Below, piece by piece: positions 13,493 through 26,200 of a stretch of DNA of 64,000 bases. How positions within the stretch are numbered: position 1 is the stretch's first letter; every line of letters begins with the position of its first letter. Source of the stretch: Tubiluchus corallicola (Eukaryota; Animalia; Priapulida); contig JAQGDQ010000156.1 in NCBI GenBank assembly GCA_030141605.1, positions 62,001 through 126,000 of the forward strand, written 5' to 3'. The position numbers were made by a program, and so were the translations under genes. The notes under the pieces are model-generated. The model saw only the letters and a list, made by a program, of their open reading frames with translations. It did no database searches and was not told where the DNA came from.

Positions 13493-14556
13493 GTGGCTGC
13501 AGTGTAGATATATGAAGTTTTATTCAGCAGTTTCGAGATTAAAATAACAAAACAGTTTGTTTAGTAGATGAACTTAAGTACTCTCAAAACAAGAACAAAC
13601 TTACCACTTGATCAAACAAGTTGAGTTCCTGATTATTGACTATGTCTGTCCATAAAAATGAGTAACAATAAGCAGTGACAAGACTAAAATCACATCAACA
13701 ACTACCAAAAACACATTTAGGTGTACCAGAGATGATGTTCTTTTCTTGACAGCATTAAGGAGTTCATTCATACTGACTACAGCCACTGGTTAACAATCAA
13801 TAACAGTCTAACACAAGTGGCTAAGACTACTGCTTGCTGGTTGCATGATTACAACACATGTAACATAGATCAGGCAGTTACGCATGCATAAGGTACTTTC
13901 TTCAAGTTTTGCATTCATATTCTGTAGCATGCAATTCTGCAAATTAAAGAGATCATATTATGCACAAACTCATCAAAACTCACTTTACATAATGGCAACT
14001 AATAAACAATTTTGCAACTGAAGCACTAAACAGGCAATTAGGAGTAACATAAGTACAATAATACATAAAACAAATCATTGAGGAGTATCTCTTTGCAGTG
14101 TGACAGGAGATCTTGCTATAGATACTGAACAGACAACTAGACGTCATTAGCTTATGCAGTCATTAACTCCTGTTAATAAGCCAATTATTATTGAATTAAA
14201 CTTAACTATTGTATTGAGTATTGTATTGATTATTGACTGTATTAATTATTATGGAGTTAGATAAATTTACTATGACTATTACTCTACAGACCTACACGTT
14301 TGAAACTTTTCACGAGTATAAGTAACACATTAAAATGAATATAAGAAATGAAATTGCTTAGTTACTACTTACTCCAGTTGTTATTGTTGTCCTACGTTTT
14401 AGCTGTTACAATTTGCGCTCTTCATAAAAAATTGAAGCATGTTATGATAATGAAACATATAATATGTTTTTAATACTTTTAATTACATTTACTCCCATTC
14501 TTATAAAGTATTACATTCTAAAATCACATTCGAATTTCAAAAACTTCAAAACTTAC

Positions 14557-14690
14557 CTGAAAAACTGTGTTTCTCTTTAGTCAACTGTCCACTCGTCCAG
14601 CAGTCACTTCTCGCTTCCGTTGTGCATCGTTCTAAGGGGAGTTTCCACGACTCATCCTGTTGTAGTAAAAAACCACGTCGTTTCGGCATA
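14557..14690 (-). other. Candidate non-coding 5' UTR exon of the CCDC83-like gene
   Basis: Perfect donor CAG|GTAAGT on the minus strand at 14557/14556; the ATG exon has an acceptor (TTTCACAG|, exon start 11721) upstream of the ATG, so an upstream UTR exon must exist. 5' boundary is a guess. Confidence 0.4.
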
Positions 14691-17600
14691 ATAATATAAA
14701 TAATAATAATTTGCTTACCCGGTATGTGCATGTAATTTTGCACCTTCTGTTATATGCCACAGTCATGGTGCTTTCATATAAAAGCTTAATTAATTAAGAA
14801 ATTAACAAATGTATTTAAAATGCGAGAGAACGCTCCTGAGACTTGTCATCCTTAACATAAAAAACGTAATGCCTTTTACAGTCTCAATGATTACATTATT
14901 TCAAAAGGTTTACCCTAGTGGACACCATCAGCCAAATAGACACACTCGTGTTAGCAAATGTATTATTTATTCTACCAGTTATATTAAGAGTAACTTGGCA
15001 AGGTGCAAGTTAAAACTATTAAATTTTATGCCTACCATCTTTATTATTACTCGTCTACGGTATGCCCTTTTTCTAGATTTCTACCCGCTTTGTTTCACGT
15101 ATGGAAGTGAATGTAAGATGGATTTGTGTACCTGTGTCATAGACATGGGTAGATATAGATATTTTCAGTCTCTCATAACAATAATTAATACACGTAACAA
15201 TAGTTTTTGAATTACAATGTAAATTCGTGTGTTTCACAACCCCAACTATCATCAGTCCTGCGTACGTTTTAATTTGCATAATTAATTATGAAAGTACGTA
15301 TATAAAATCGAGAGGGTACCTATGTCGTGCTACTGCATGACTAATTCTGTTTGTTCATTGTATAATGTTGCTCTATTTAACACCATCAATAATTAATTAA
15401 GCAATTAAGCACTAAAGCTTTACAAAGCTCTAGTGATTTTTCACGAACTCTTTTTCTCACTTAGATTTGCCTGTAAGAGATGGCGCAGGTCACTAGTCTT
15501 GTTTACAAATAATTTGTAATTCCTGTCATTATAATCTGTAAATACTGTATCTTAGTTAATCTTATTATGTTAATGGACCTAAGATGTCGTATTGCAAAAA
15601 CGTATTAATAAAAATTTGCCATAATAATATATTATTGTGCAGAAAGCCATTGATTCGTTAGTGAAGAAATTTTGCCCTTCATTTTTATTTTACGTGTACA
15701 AAGTTTTAATTTTCTGAAATTACAAAGTCGCTTTCTAACTTGTAAAGTTTCATAACGTTCTGTTGAAATACATGTGCTTTCATCACACGAGCAGCTATCA
15801 CCACAGATGGCAGCACCTGGAAGCAGCGGCAGCAGCGGTAGTAAGTGGGGCGATTCACCATGAAATTCGTCGTGCTCATCAAGGTAAAACTGCACGAAGC
15901 CACGAAAATTGGCATTACCTGTTTCCCACGGTGTCAGTTGATGAATATTGGTTACAATTATCTTCTATCAATAACTAGACCTCACTGTTAATCAGAATCC
16001 TGCTGTCTTTTGCATTAAAGTGGAATAACTTTAATTACTGACAAAGCTATGCAACTATAGGCTACTTCCACGTAATATAATTATGTAACGTCCTGATTGA
16101 CATAGTCGACGCATGTTCACCCAAGAGATCTCTCGTAATGACACTACGTATTCAAATTATAGGCCTAACTTAGGTTAATAGTCAGTCTCTGTGTCTTGAT
16201 TAGAAACAGAAGCAAAAGTTGTCATTGTAGGTTTCGCGAGTTTTTGTTGTTTTTCTTTTGTTGTTCTTGTTTCGGTATTTTCTATCTCCTTCCACCTACC
16301 TACCCACATCAAAGTGGAGACTTGCTCCATCAAAGTGCTGATTGTCTAATGTGGGTTTTGTGTTGTTTTTGCTCTGTTGTTGTTGTTGTTTTTGCATTTT
16401 TCAACAAAGTGCTCGCAGTCTCATAAAGACCTTTAGTGTTTATACTACGTGATGTTATAATTATGATTATTACTTTCATATTAGACGAAACTTGTTTTCT
16501 TCTTTAACTTAGCTTCTCATTTTTCCGCTAAAATTTGTGTAAATGCTTCCCGGCGACAGCAGATCAGATTTTTTCCCACTCACCCCTTGAACTCCTATGG
16601 CAACAAACCCCGAACTGGCATTTTATGTATAAGCTCACACAACACGGAAAATGATTAACTTATTATTGCAATCCAAAAACTGTCAACTATCAATGAAGTT
16701 ACAGTAGAAACTTGCATCATTTATTCTACAAAAGAAATTTAAAACATGCAAACTTTGCTTAGGCCTATAACATTGTCTATCAAATCATGGTTGTCGTGCC
16801 AAGCGTTCTTGCGAATACCTAACTGACAATTGCCAGTAATTATTTAATTAATGTATAGGGCACTGTGGAATGCGTTTACGTAATCTGCTTTGTGAAACTG
16901 AAACCGTTTTCACTTATGAGTAGCACTCAATATTAATGTTCATTCTGCCGATAAGCGAACTTATGGTGGCAGGTAATACAAAACGCACCTTTATAGTTTT
17001 TCACTTATTACACGGATCAATATTAATTCAGCGGCTTAGAGAGAATTAAATTGCATCTACCTACAACACAAAACGCAAAACGAACCATGATGAAATTTGG
17101 AATGAATGTCTGGGTTTTTCATAAATCGTTTGGTTTATTGGCTAAGGACGTATTAAGATACAACGATGCCTAGGCTAATGGTTCAGTCCTGCCCATGCCT
17201 ATTATGGTTAAACTATATATAGCAGATCGTGCAGCAGTTGTTTGTGGTGTATTAACAACATTATTAATTTACGGCATTATTGTTAATGATATGCATTCGC
17301 ATAGTTCTTGCATCTAAAGAATGTGCAAAACTATTTGTGACGTAATACATTTTATGTATTTATTATGTAAAGTGTACTTGTTTGCTCATAATGTGCCGCG
17401 CTGCAAGCAAGCGGAACTCGTAACAGCTTGTTGTGTGGTGCTAGTTTAACTACTGACATTCTCTGTAATCTGCAGATTGATTGCAATAACGTCTACGAAA
17501 TTTTTGGTAATCATTAAGAAAAAGAAAAAAGAAAACTTGCTGGTGTGCACGCTTTCAAAACTAAGCATGCGGCATGTAGTAATATTTTAACGCTAGGCCC

Positions 17601-18021
17601 TAGACTACAGGCTTAGTTAGCTTATTGTTAACTACGCCTTTGTAGTAACGAACTGAGGCAATACGAGCTTGTCTAGTAAATAGATGAGTGAGAGCCAAAG
17701 AAAACTACTGAATCCTGCGTGGTTATCAGGTCAACATTGCCCCTAATGAGGTAGCTGAGTTCCTACGTAGGTAGCCGAGACGACTGTAAGATTCACCACC
17801 ATTATTATTATTATTGCTACTCTCGTCGTTATTGCCATGATCAGCATGACCACCATCGTCGTTTTCATCATATTTGGCAGCACTAGCATAGTCAACATCA
17901 TCTTATTCTGTTTGTCATCATTGTCATTTGATTATTGACAGCAGCGGCGGCAGCGGAAGAGAACACGAGCAGTAACAGTTGCAGCAGAATAGAATTAAGC
18001 AACAACAGCAGCACTAGTATC

Positions 18022-18965
18022 AGCAGAACAGAAGCATCAGCAGCAGCAGAACAGAAGCAACAACAGTCCCAGAACAGAAGCAACAACAGCAGCAGAACAG
18101 AAGCAACAACAGTCCCAGAACAGAAGCAACAACAGCAGTAAGCAGAATAGAAACAACAGTAGCAGTGACAGAACAGAAGCAACAACAGCGAGAGAACACA
18201 AGCAACAACAGCAGTGGCAGAACAGAAGCAACAACAGCAGTGGCAGAACAGAAGCAACAACAGCAGTGGCAGAACAGAAGCAACAACAGCAGTGGCAGAA
18301 CAGAAGCAACAACAGCAGTGGCAGAACAGAAGCAACAACAGCAGTGGCAGAACAGAAGCAACAACAGCAGTGGCAGAACACAAGCAAAAACAGCAGCGGC
18401 AGAACAGAAGCAACAACAGCAGTGGCAGAACAGAAGCAACAGCAGTGGCCAAACAGAAGCAACAACAGCAGTGGCAAAACAGAAGCAACAACAGCAGTGG
18501 CAGAACAGAAGCAACAACAGCAGTGGCAGAACAGAAGCAACAACAGCAGTGGCAGAACAGAAGCAACAGCAGTGGCCAAACAGAAGCAACAACAGAAGTG
18601 ACAAAACAGAAGCAACAACAGCAGTGGCAGAACAGAAGCAACAACAGCAGTGGCAGAACAGAAGCAACAACAGCGGCAAAACAGAAGCAACAACAGCAGT
18701 GGCAGAACAGAAGCAACAACAGCAGTGGCAGAACAGAAGCAACAACAGCAGTAGAACAGAAGCAACAACAACAGCAGTAGAACAGAAGCAACAACAGCAG
18801 TAGAACAGAAGCAACAACAGCAGTGGCAGAACAGAAGCAACAACAGCAGTAGAACAGAAGCAACAACAGCAGCAGCAGAACAGAAGTAACAACAGCAGTG
18901 GCAAAACAGAAGCAACAACAGTGGCAAAACAGAAGCAACAACAGCAGTAAAAGCAGCAACAGTGG
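18022..18965. repeat. 26-bp minisatellite (~35 copies, with shorter variants)
   Basis: Unit AACAGAAGCAACAACAGCAGTGGCAG, grading into CAG/CAA and CAT microsatellite flanks; produces the low-complexity ORFs on both strands. Confidence 0.93.
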
Positions 18966-19949
18966 CGGAACGCATCAACAGCACCAGCATAACGAAAATA
19001 ACAACAGCAGAACATAGACGTAGTATCCTTAATTATCACCATTTTCATATCCATCAAAATATCATCATCATCATCATCATCATCGTAATCATCATCATAC
19101 ACATTTGATTTGTTCCCAATTAATATTTCAGCAAAGCGAGAGGCCTATACAATTTACCACCGCAGTAACAACAACGGCATAATTATGCAGAAGAGCAGTA
19201 TCTTTACTATTGTCGTCACCACATGTCATCATCGTGATCAAATGTATTTTGGTCTAATTTCCTGATACGCATGAGAGTGATATGTCAAATTATGCAAGAT
19301 TTGCTACGTTTTAGCAGTTTGCAGTAGCACCAAACGCTAGAGTTTTGCAGGCATTTGTCCATGGTAAAGTAAACCAATGTCAAGTCTAGTCTAAGAATGC
19401 CCCACTTAAAATGTACAAAATCTCAGAAATTGGGTGTGGGGCACGACAAGCTAGACTTGATGTCTGTTTCAATTAAATCAGCTCAGTGTAAAATACTCAA
19501 GTGGGAGTTTCCGGGCTACCGAGCTGCGTCCAAAGTCATGCTCTACTGAAACACGTCTCGCTACCTACATTTCGAGCATTTAGTTAGCTAAAATAGCTAG
19601 GTATCACAATAATGCCCAAGGCATTATTAGGGTGGATAAGCAGCCTGACTCATGCGCTCTGTAAGACCCGTTCACCGGTACTCAGCAATGTAAGACGTGC
19701 ACATGCGGTCTCTCTCTCTGTGCTCTATTACTGTGAGGTGCGAATCTTATAACAAAGTTGCCTTTAGTAGTGTGTAATTCCAAGAAAATAGACCGCATTA
19801 TCCAAAAATCCTGTGCTAATTTGGAAATCTACTAAAAATCAATTCCAAAGTTGATGGTAAAATCAGTTTAAAGGAGCTAGTCAGTGCACAATTGCAATAT
19901 GCTTAAATAAGTGCTTCTTCAGTGTAGCAGCATGGATATTTAGCAAGCC

Positions 19950-20205
19950 ATGAAGTATCAAAGCTTAGGAGTGATAATACTGTGCTATTTTAGCAACTTT
20001 GTTGTACAAATATCGGCACAGTGTCCTCAAAACTTCTACGGAGAGCACTGCTCTGTCTTCTGTGAGCCTGAAGACGGTTGTTCTGGTCATTACACCTGTA
20101 ATCAAGAAACAGGTGAAAAAGTGTGCTTGCGTGGATGGTCAGGTGAAGGCTGTGCGCAAAAAAGAGGGAATTTCTGGGCACCTGGCGTCAACGATTGTCA
20201 TTTAG
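19950..20205 (+). CDS. Exon 1: signal peptide + DSL domain
   Basis: MKYQSLGVIILCYFSNFVVQISA (hydrophobic leader ending ISA) then CPQNFYGEHCSVFCEPEDGCSGHYTCNQETGEKVCLRGWSGEGC, fitting the DSL pattern C..YG..C..FC....GHYTC...G.K.C..GW.G..C; phase-1 donor G|GTAAAA. Confidence 0.9.
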
Positions 20206-23200
20206 GTAAAATTTGCCATTATATTAATCCCATTGAAGTATAAGCTATATAAATTTATGTAAAGCAAGGCTTTTAAGGATGTTTTAAACCTGATTATACC
20301 CTAATAGGCATTGAATACTGTACAGTGGTAGTAGGCGACTCTTGGACAGTTGTCCTTCTATATGCTACTTTCCTTTAGTCACAGTTTAGTGGTTTCCGCC
20401 TCCACACGACCATATAGTGACAATTTTTACTTCAATTTCCAAACGATGCTGAAGTTTAGGTTTATCGAACGGCATTCATTGCAACAAGCTTATTGAAAGA
20501 CTGGAGTTTCATTGCTACTGATAATGATGTAAGCCCTCCGGTAAAGATATAATGATGCTACACCATTTAATTAGAAATGAGTGCGTCTTTATGCGTGCTG
20601 CATTTAAAAATTTGTGTGTATAAGAATGGCTTATAACTAATTACTTTCATAAAATCTTTCCTATAATATAATAGCTGAATCTGCAGTATGCAAAAATGCT
20701 TATGCTAAGATTATTATAAAGCTAATTTATAATAATAACACTAATTGATTCTTAATGACAAGAACTCTAATTTGATAATAATCTAATAACAATAATTATG
20801 ATTTAGAGTTGTTGCTAACAAACTCCAACTTCCAATTCTGTTTTGACTATTATAAATTTTGCTTCCAAGTTTTATATCATATTGCAATTGTTTCCCTGAG
20901 AGGAAAAACCTCAACTTTCATGAGCCCTATGCCCATGATCGTCAATTTGGGTTTTAATTTTCTACATTTCAAAAATCCCAGTTATGAGGAAACACTGAAA
21001 TTCTAGGACGTTCGTGATCTCGACGTATGTCTGATTTTACCGATTTCAGCTCTATATTGCAACTATAACGCATCTACACACAAGAAGCAGCACTTAAGGA
21101 AATAATAAACTTACAACTAATAATAGGTTTAACACTCGTCTTTACTGAAAATCCTTACAAAAGAACTAAACTCGAGCACGTCCTAATTTATATCGTGAGA
21201 ACTCGTATTTGTGTACAAACTGAAATCGGCCAGAAAACGTTAAATGTTCTATACTGGGCAATTACGTGCAACCTTTACCCAATTTTAAACTCTCTCAGGC
21301 GTGTGGTAACTGTTGCAGCCACATCCAGCAATTATACCACCAGTTCTTCATGGTCTAGTTAAACGTGGTTATTTGCACCTTGATGACCCTACCTACCTAC
21401 TTTCTACCAATGTCGAGGTTTAATTAATTCAAAAGGATGTTGATCACAATTTTCGGTGACGTTGTCAATGGTTGGTTACTGTGATAAATGTGAAGCGGAT
21501 GCCAGTATCCTGAAGTTAATCTTATCTTTTAGCTTTCTTTGTTCACCGTGTTTACCTTGGCGGGCTGAAGTGTTACCTGCCTGCTCTTCCAGACTACTCC
21601 CATTTCATCGACTTTTGAAAGAGACAGTATTCGTATAAGCACTCTGGTGTGACACAGTAATTTGCAGATCGTGATGTGTCACGTCCACATCCATAATTTA
21701 TCTGTAATCTACGAACTTTATATGAATATACGTGGATATGTCCATAACTAGAATATCTGTCCTGTAAAAATGGCTCTTTTGGATACCTACAAAGCACAGT
21801 TGGTATTTGCTTTCTACTCGTACTAAAATGCACGAAAGTAAAGAATAAAAAGTTTGTGGCTGGTTAAAGTAATTTAACCAGAAACGCACTTTTACCAAAT
21901 GCACAACGTTGCCACAGCATGTAAATTTCATGATAAAATACATTTCAGTTGAGACTGTTGAACAGTCTCTTAGGACGTCCAAACTTTTTGCCATAAAATC
22001 ACTATAACTCGAATTAAATCACACATACATGTGGCTAGTCATATACATTGTGTCCCAGTTTCCGTTTAAAAGCATCAGCTTTCGCGAGATAGTGGAAAGA
22101 CTTATTCATTTTGGTGCAGTTGTGGAATGCACACAACTAGGCTTACGGGCGTAATTCAACTAAATATAATGAGCCTATATTCTACAGTAATTATTGCTAT
22201 CATTATAATAATAAAAAAGACAATGAATTAAACGTGTTATGCAAGTTATGGGTGTTACCATAATAGTTCAGAAATGTTGTGAAAACTTGAATTAAATTAC
22301 GTATACATGTAGCTATCGATGGATACATCTATGATATGGCCCGAGTCCTATATCTGCTTTTAGATATTCGCATCGCGGACATGCCTATAAAACTTCTGTA
22401 TGTACACCGGTTCTATATAGATGCTCTGCGCAGCGTTTAGACTAGCGAGTTTTCTTTCTGACAACAAACTCGCAAGTGTGAACTACTTTGCAAGTTACCT
22501 TCGGCAAGAAATTGCAAGCTGTAATTAAACACGCTTGCGAGTTAACATGACGAGAAAACTTGCTGGTCTGAACGCGCTGTTAGTATTTGGCAACGACAAA
22601 AAGTAAACGTGATCCATCCTATAAACGCACGAAAGTGAGAAGTATCCTCCTTAATATATTGTCGTGTATGCAGAAAATAATATGTGCCAGTGTTTAGAGG
22701 GGAGGCAAACCCCACCATTGTTTAAATGTAAATTCGTAAATTGCTTTAAAAGAGAAAACTTTGTAAGTGTTTTACAGCACCAGGTTACTAACTATATGTT
22801 AACTTGTCGTGGTAGTTTGATTTTTAATTAATTTTGCTATATCAATGTCTGTTAAGCAGGTAATAATTATGCAATGCTAGTATAGCTATACTGTAAATTG
22901 TTAAGAATGCCATGCAAATACTGTTAACTGTTATAGCCCTGCTAATAGAGGGCGCATGTATATATGTATATGCTCAAAATAAAGAGTTATAATAATAATA
23001 ATAACAATAATATTGTCCCACGTATCCTAACTTAACGTATTTATAATATATATATAATATTATATATATGTATTTGTGTATATGTGTATATATATATATA
23101 CATATAAAACCTAACCTACGCACTCGCGCCAGTTCAATGTTGCATAGATGATCATCCTTAATGAGTTAGGATCCGGTCCTGCCACGACCAATCAATAGTA

Positions 23201-26200
23201 GTGATAGGCTGTGTCACCGAATGCTAGATCAAGATTTGCAATGTATGGGGAAGTTAGAGCATGCAAGTAACTTCATAACATAAATGAGGTAGCTTCGAAA
23301 AACTGTGAATGAATTACATTGACGTTTACTGGCGTCGTTTACACGACATGCAATATAAGCCATGTGCCGGCATTTGTGTTAAGAACGGATTAATTTCAAT
23401 TCTTGTATAAATCCACTGCCATGTTTAGATACATGGATCGTATCACATTTCAGAACTGCCCTAGTTTCAGTTTAAAAGCAAACAACTTTCGCGTGATAGT
23501 GGAAAGATTTAGATTCATTTTGGTGCAGTTGTGGTATGCGTATACAACTAAGCCTAAAAGCGTCTTATAACATAATTATAATAACTCTTCCATAAGCTTA
23601 TATTCTACGATAATTATTGCTATCATTATAATAATAAGAAAGATAATGAATTGCAGTATTATGCAAGCTATGGGTTTTACCGTAACAGTTCGGAAATGTT
23701 GTAAAACCTATTTTGAATTATTTTCAAAAAGACCTTTAAAATCTTCAAAGATTTGCTTCTTGCCTTTTTGTCCTCGAAGACACGAGCTTTTTTTAACGTG
23801 CATTATTTGTTTATTTCTTTTCTTCATACGGAATTATACCCAACCCAAAGTAATATTATATAAACAATATATATATATAAAGAAATAATATATATATAAG
23901 AAATAAACAAATAATGTACGTTTAAAAAGGCTCGTGTCTTCGAGCTTTTACATATATGTTTTTATTATACACTCTATTTCACTTTGTGTATAATTTCGTA
24001 TGAAGAAAAGAAATAAACAAATAATATATGTTTGAGTAAAAAAGCTCGTGCCTTCGAACACAAAAAAGTAAGAGGCAAACCTTTGAAGATTTTAAAGGTC
24101 TTATATATATTGTTTTTATTATACACTGTATTTTACTCTGGGTATAATTCCGTATGAAGAAAATAAATAAACAAATATTATATATATATATATATATATA
24201 TGCGAGGGGTGTACCATGCACGCACGCAGGCAAGGAGTTCTAAATCGGTACAACTCGATTTGAGAAAAATTGACCAAATGATACCTTAGCATTTCAACGC
24301 ATGAAACACTTCAGAGAATTATTTTGCCTTGTTCTATTGCAAGATACAAGAGAAAATTTGTCAAAATCAACATCAACTTCTCTATGAATAATTTGGTAGC
24401 ATAAGATTAAATCTTTTTTGAATGTGTCTCTCTTCTAAAGATATTAAATTTAGAAACTCCAGACGCTTGGGATATGGCATATACATTAAATTACATCTAT
24501 AAAAGAAGCGACGAGCAAAGTATCGCTGGACACTGTTTTAATTGTTTTTATCCAAAATGCACATTTGCCATAAGTTATCAGAATTTCTGCGATGCACTTG
24601 TTATGAAAGCTATAATATGAAGTGAAAGGAATAACCGAGTGTATGCTTGGTAACCAAAGTTAAGCAACGCCGTGGATCTCGTTGAATGAATGGATGACCA
24701 CCAGGTTCAATACTCTAAGAGAGGTTTCATTCACCATAGTTTTTTTCTCTGTTTATTTCGTTGAGGGATCACGTATATTTACAAACAAACAGTAATTATT
24801 AATTATAAATACACGAATTATTTAGATTATGGATGTAAAATCCTCCAACCTGCTTTCCATTTTTTTCCCATGTTTAAACAATTCATGAATAAAATGCTGT
24901 GTTATTGAACCATAAAGAATGTTTGATATAATGACAACAGGTGTTAAAATCACTGAACCAGGAGGAAAAATAAACATCGAATAACCCTTTTTAGATTATC
25001 TTTTGTTACAATAACAAGCTCTTTAACTTTGCCGTTTTGACTCAGTGACGTCACTGGATGAAGGATTAAGTCTTTTTCCTGCACGTAACAGCTTAGCTAT
25101 ACTCTTGGCTTGACAGAAAACAAAGTTAAGCCAAATTAATAAAAAACTCTTAAAGTTGGAACTTCTTAGGTTTGTCTGTGCCGTGCGTAATCCGGTTATG
25201 CCTGCGTTTGTGGACTTTCTCGGTAACTTGTAGCCCATGGCAAGTTCATTGTCCAGTAAGATATGTGCGGGGAAAATGGTTAAATGATGTAGCTGTTTGC
25301 ACATACTATCGCAAAGCTTTACAAGAAGTATGCATGACTCGAATAGTTGAAAGACATAACAATTATTTATAGAGACAGTTGACATAGTACATGTGGACGT
25401 GAAGTCAGAATTCTTACAATGCGGGGGGCCTTAATCTGGAATTATCGGGTCATTCCCTGGTTTGTCCTGAGTTCGGCGGCCTGTGTATAACCCCATTCTC
25501 CGGTTCGAGGCCCGTATCTGGAAACACAAGTGGATATAGGTCTACCTTGTGTTTTATGTCTTAACATGTATGTTGTACTCCTATAGGTTAGTATAGGTGC
25601 AGCCTAGTTCCCCACAATTTTGAGGCCCTCTAGTTTGATAATGTTAAATTTTGGTAAAAAAAATCTGCTTTTCACTAGCGACTGTGTAAAAATATATGCT
25701 AATTTGGTTTGCAAAAATAGTAAAATAGTAGCTAAGTAGTATTAATTATGGAATATTTTTATTGACAAATAAAAGATTGATATTCGTTTTTACTTAAAGA
25801 GTTTGCAATAAGCTCTTATTTCAAGCTAGGTAAATGTAGGCTTTGTAATTGTATTTACGTAGCATCAGGATGCGCATGCGTTTTGGGGAGTGCGAAATAG
25901 ATAAAATAGGTTTATATTATCTTCAATGCAGCCGTTCATGCAGCCTGCGTATACGTTATTTTTTCTGCAGCTATTTTGTATTGATTTTTTCCGCAACTAT
26001 TCCGCAGATGAAAACGCATAGGCATCCGGAAACTCCATAGTGCTACGTAAACGCCACCTGTCTTTATATTTTCACATTTTTAATGTAACCCTTTACCTTG
26101 AGCAACCATTAATCGAGTTTGAACGAATTGTATAAAAATGGTTGTAACTCTGAATTGCTATAATGAAATATATATTAATAGTGACTTGTACTAATGTTAT

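Noticed and set aside
15632-15978. GC-richer patch with overlapping short ORFs
   Set aside because: No recognisable domain or phase-consistent exon partners; may be a repeat or regulatory sequence but unsupported.
16590-16605. CTATGGCAAC half X-box (RFX) near a putative ciliary/testis gene
   Set aside because: Half-site only and ~2 kb from the presumed first exon; expected by chance.
17898-19102. Long Cys/Leu-rich and Gln-rich ORFs (up to 360 aa)
   Set aside because: Translations of the 26-bp satellite in several frames on both strands; the unit is not a multiple of 3 and there is no splice context.
20385-20545. Possible extra exon just after the DSL exon
   Set aside because: Stops in all three frames before the candidate donor; exon 1 joins exon 2 cleanly to complete EGF1.
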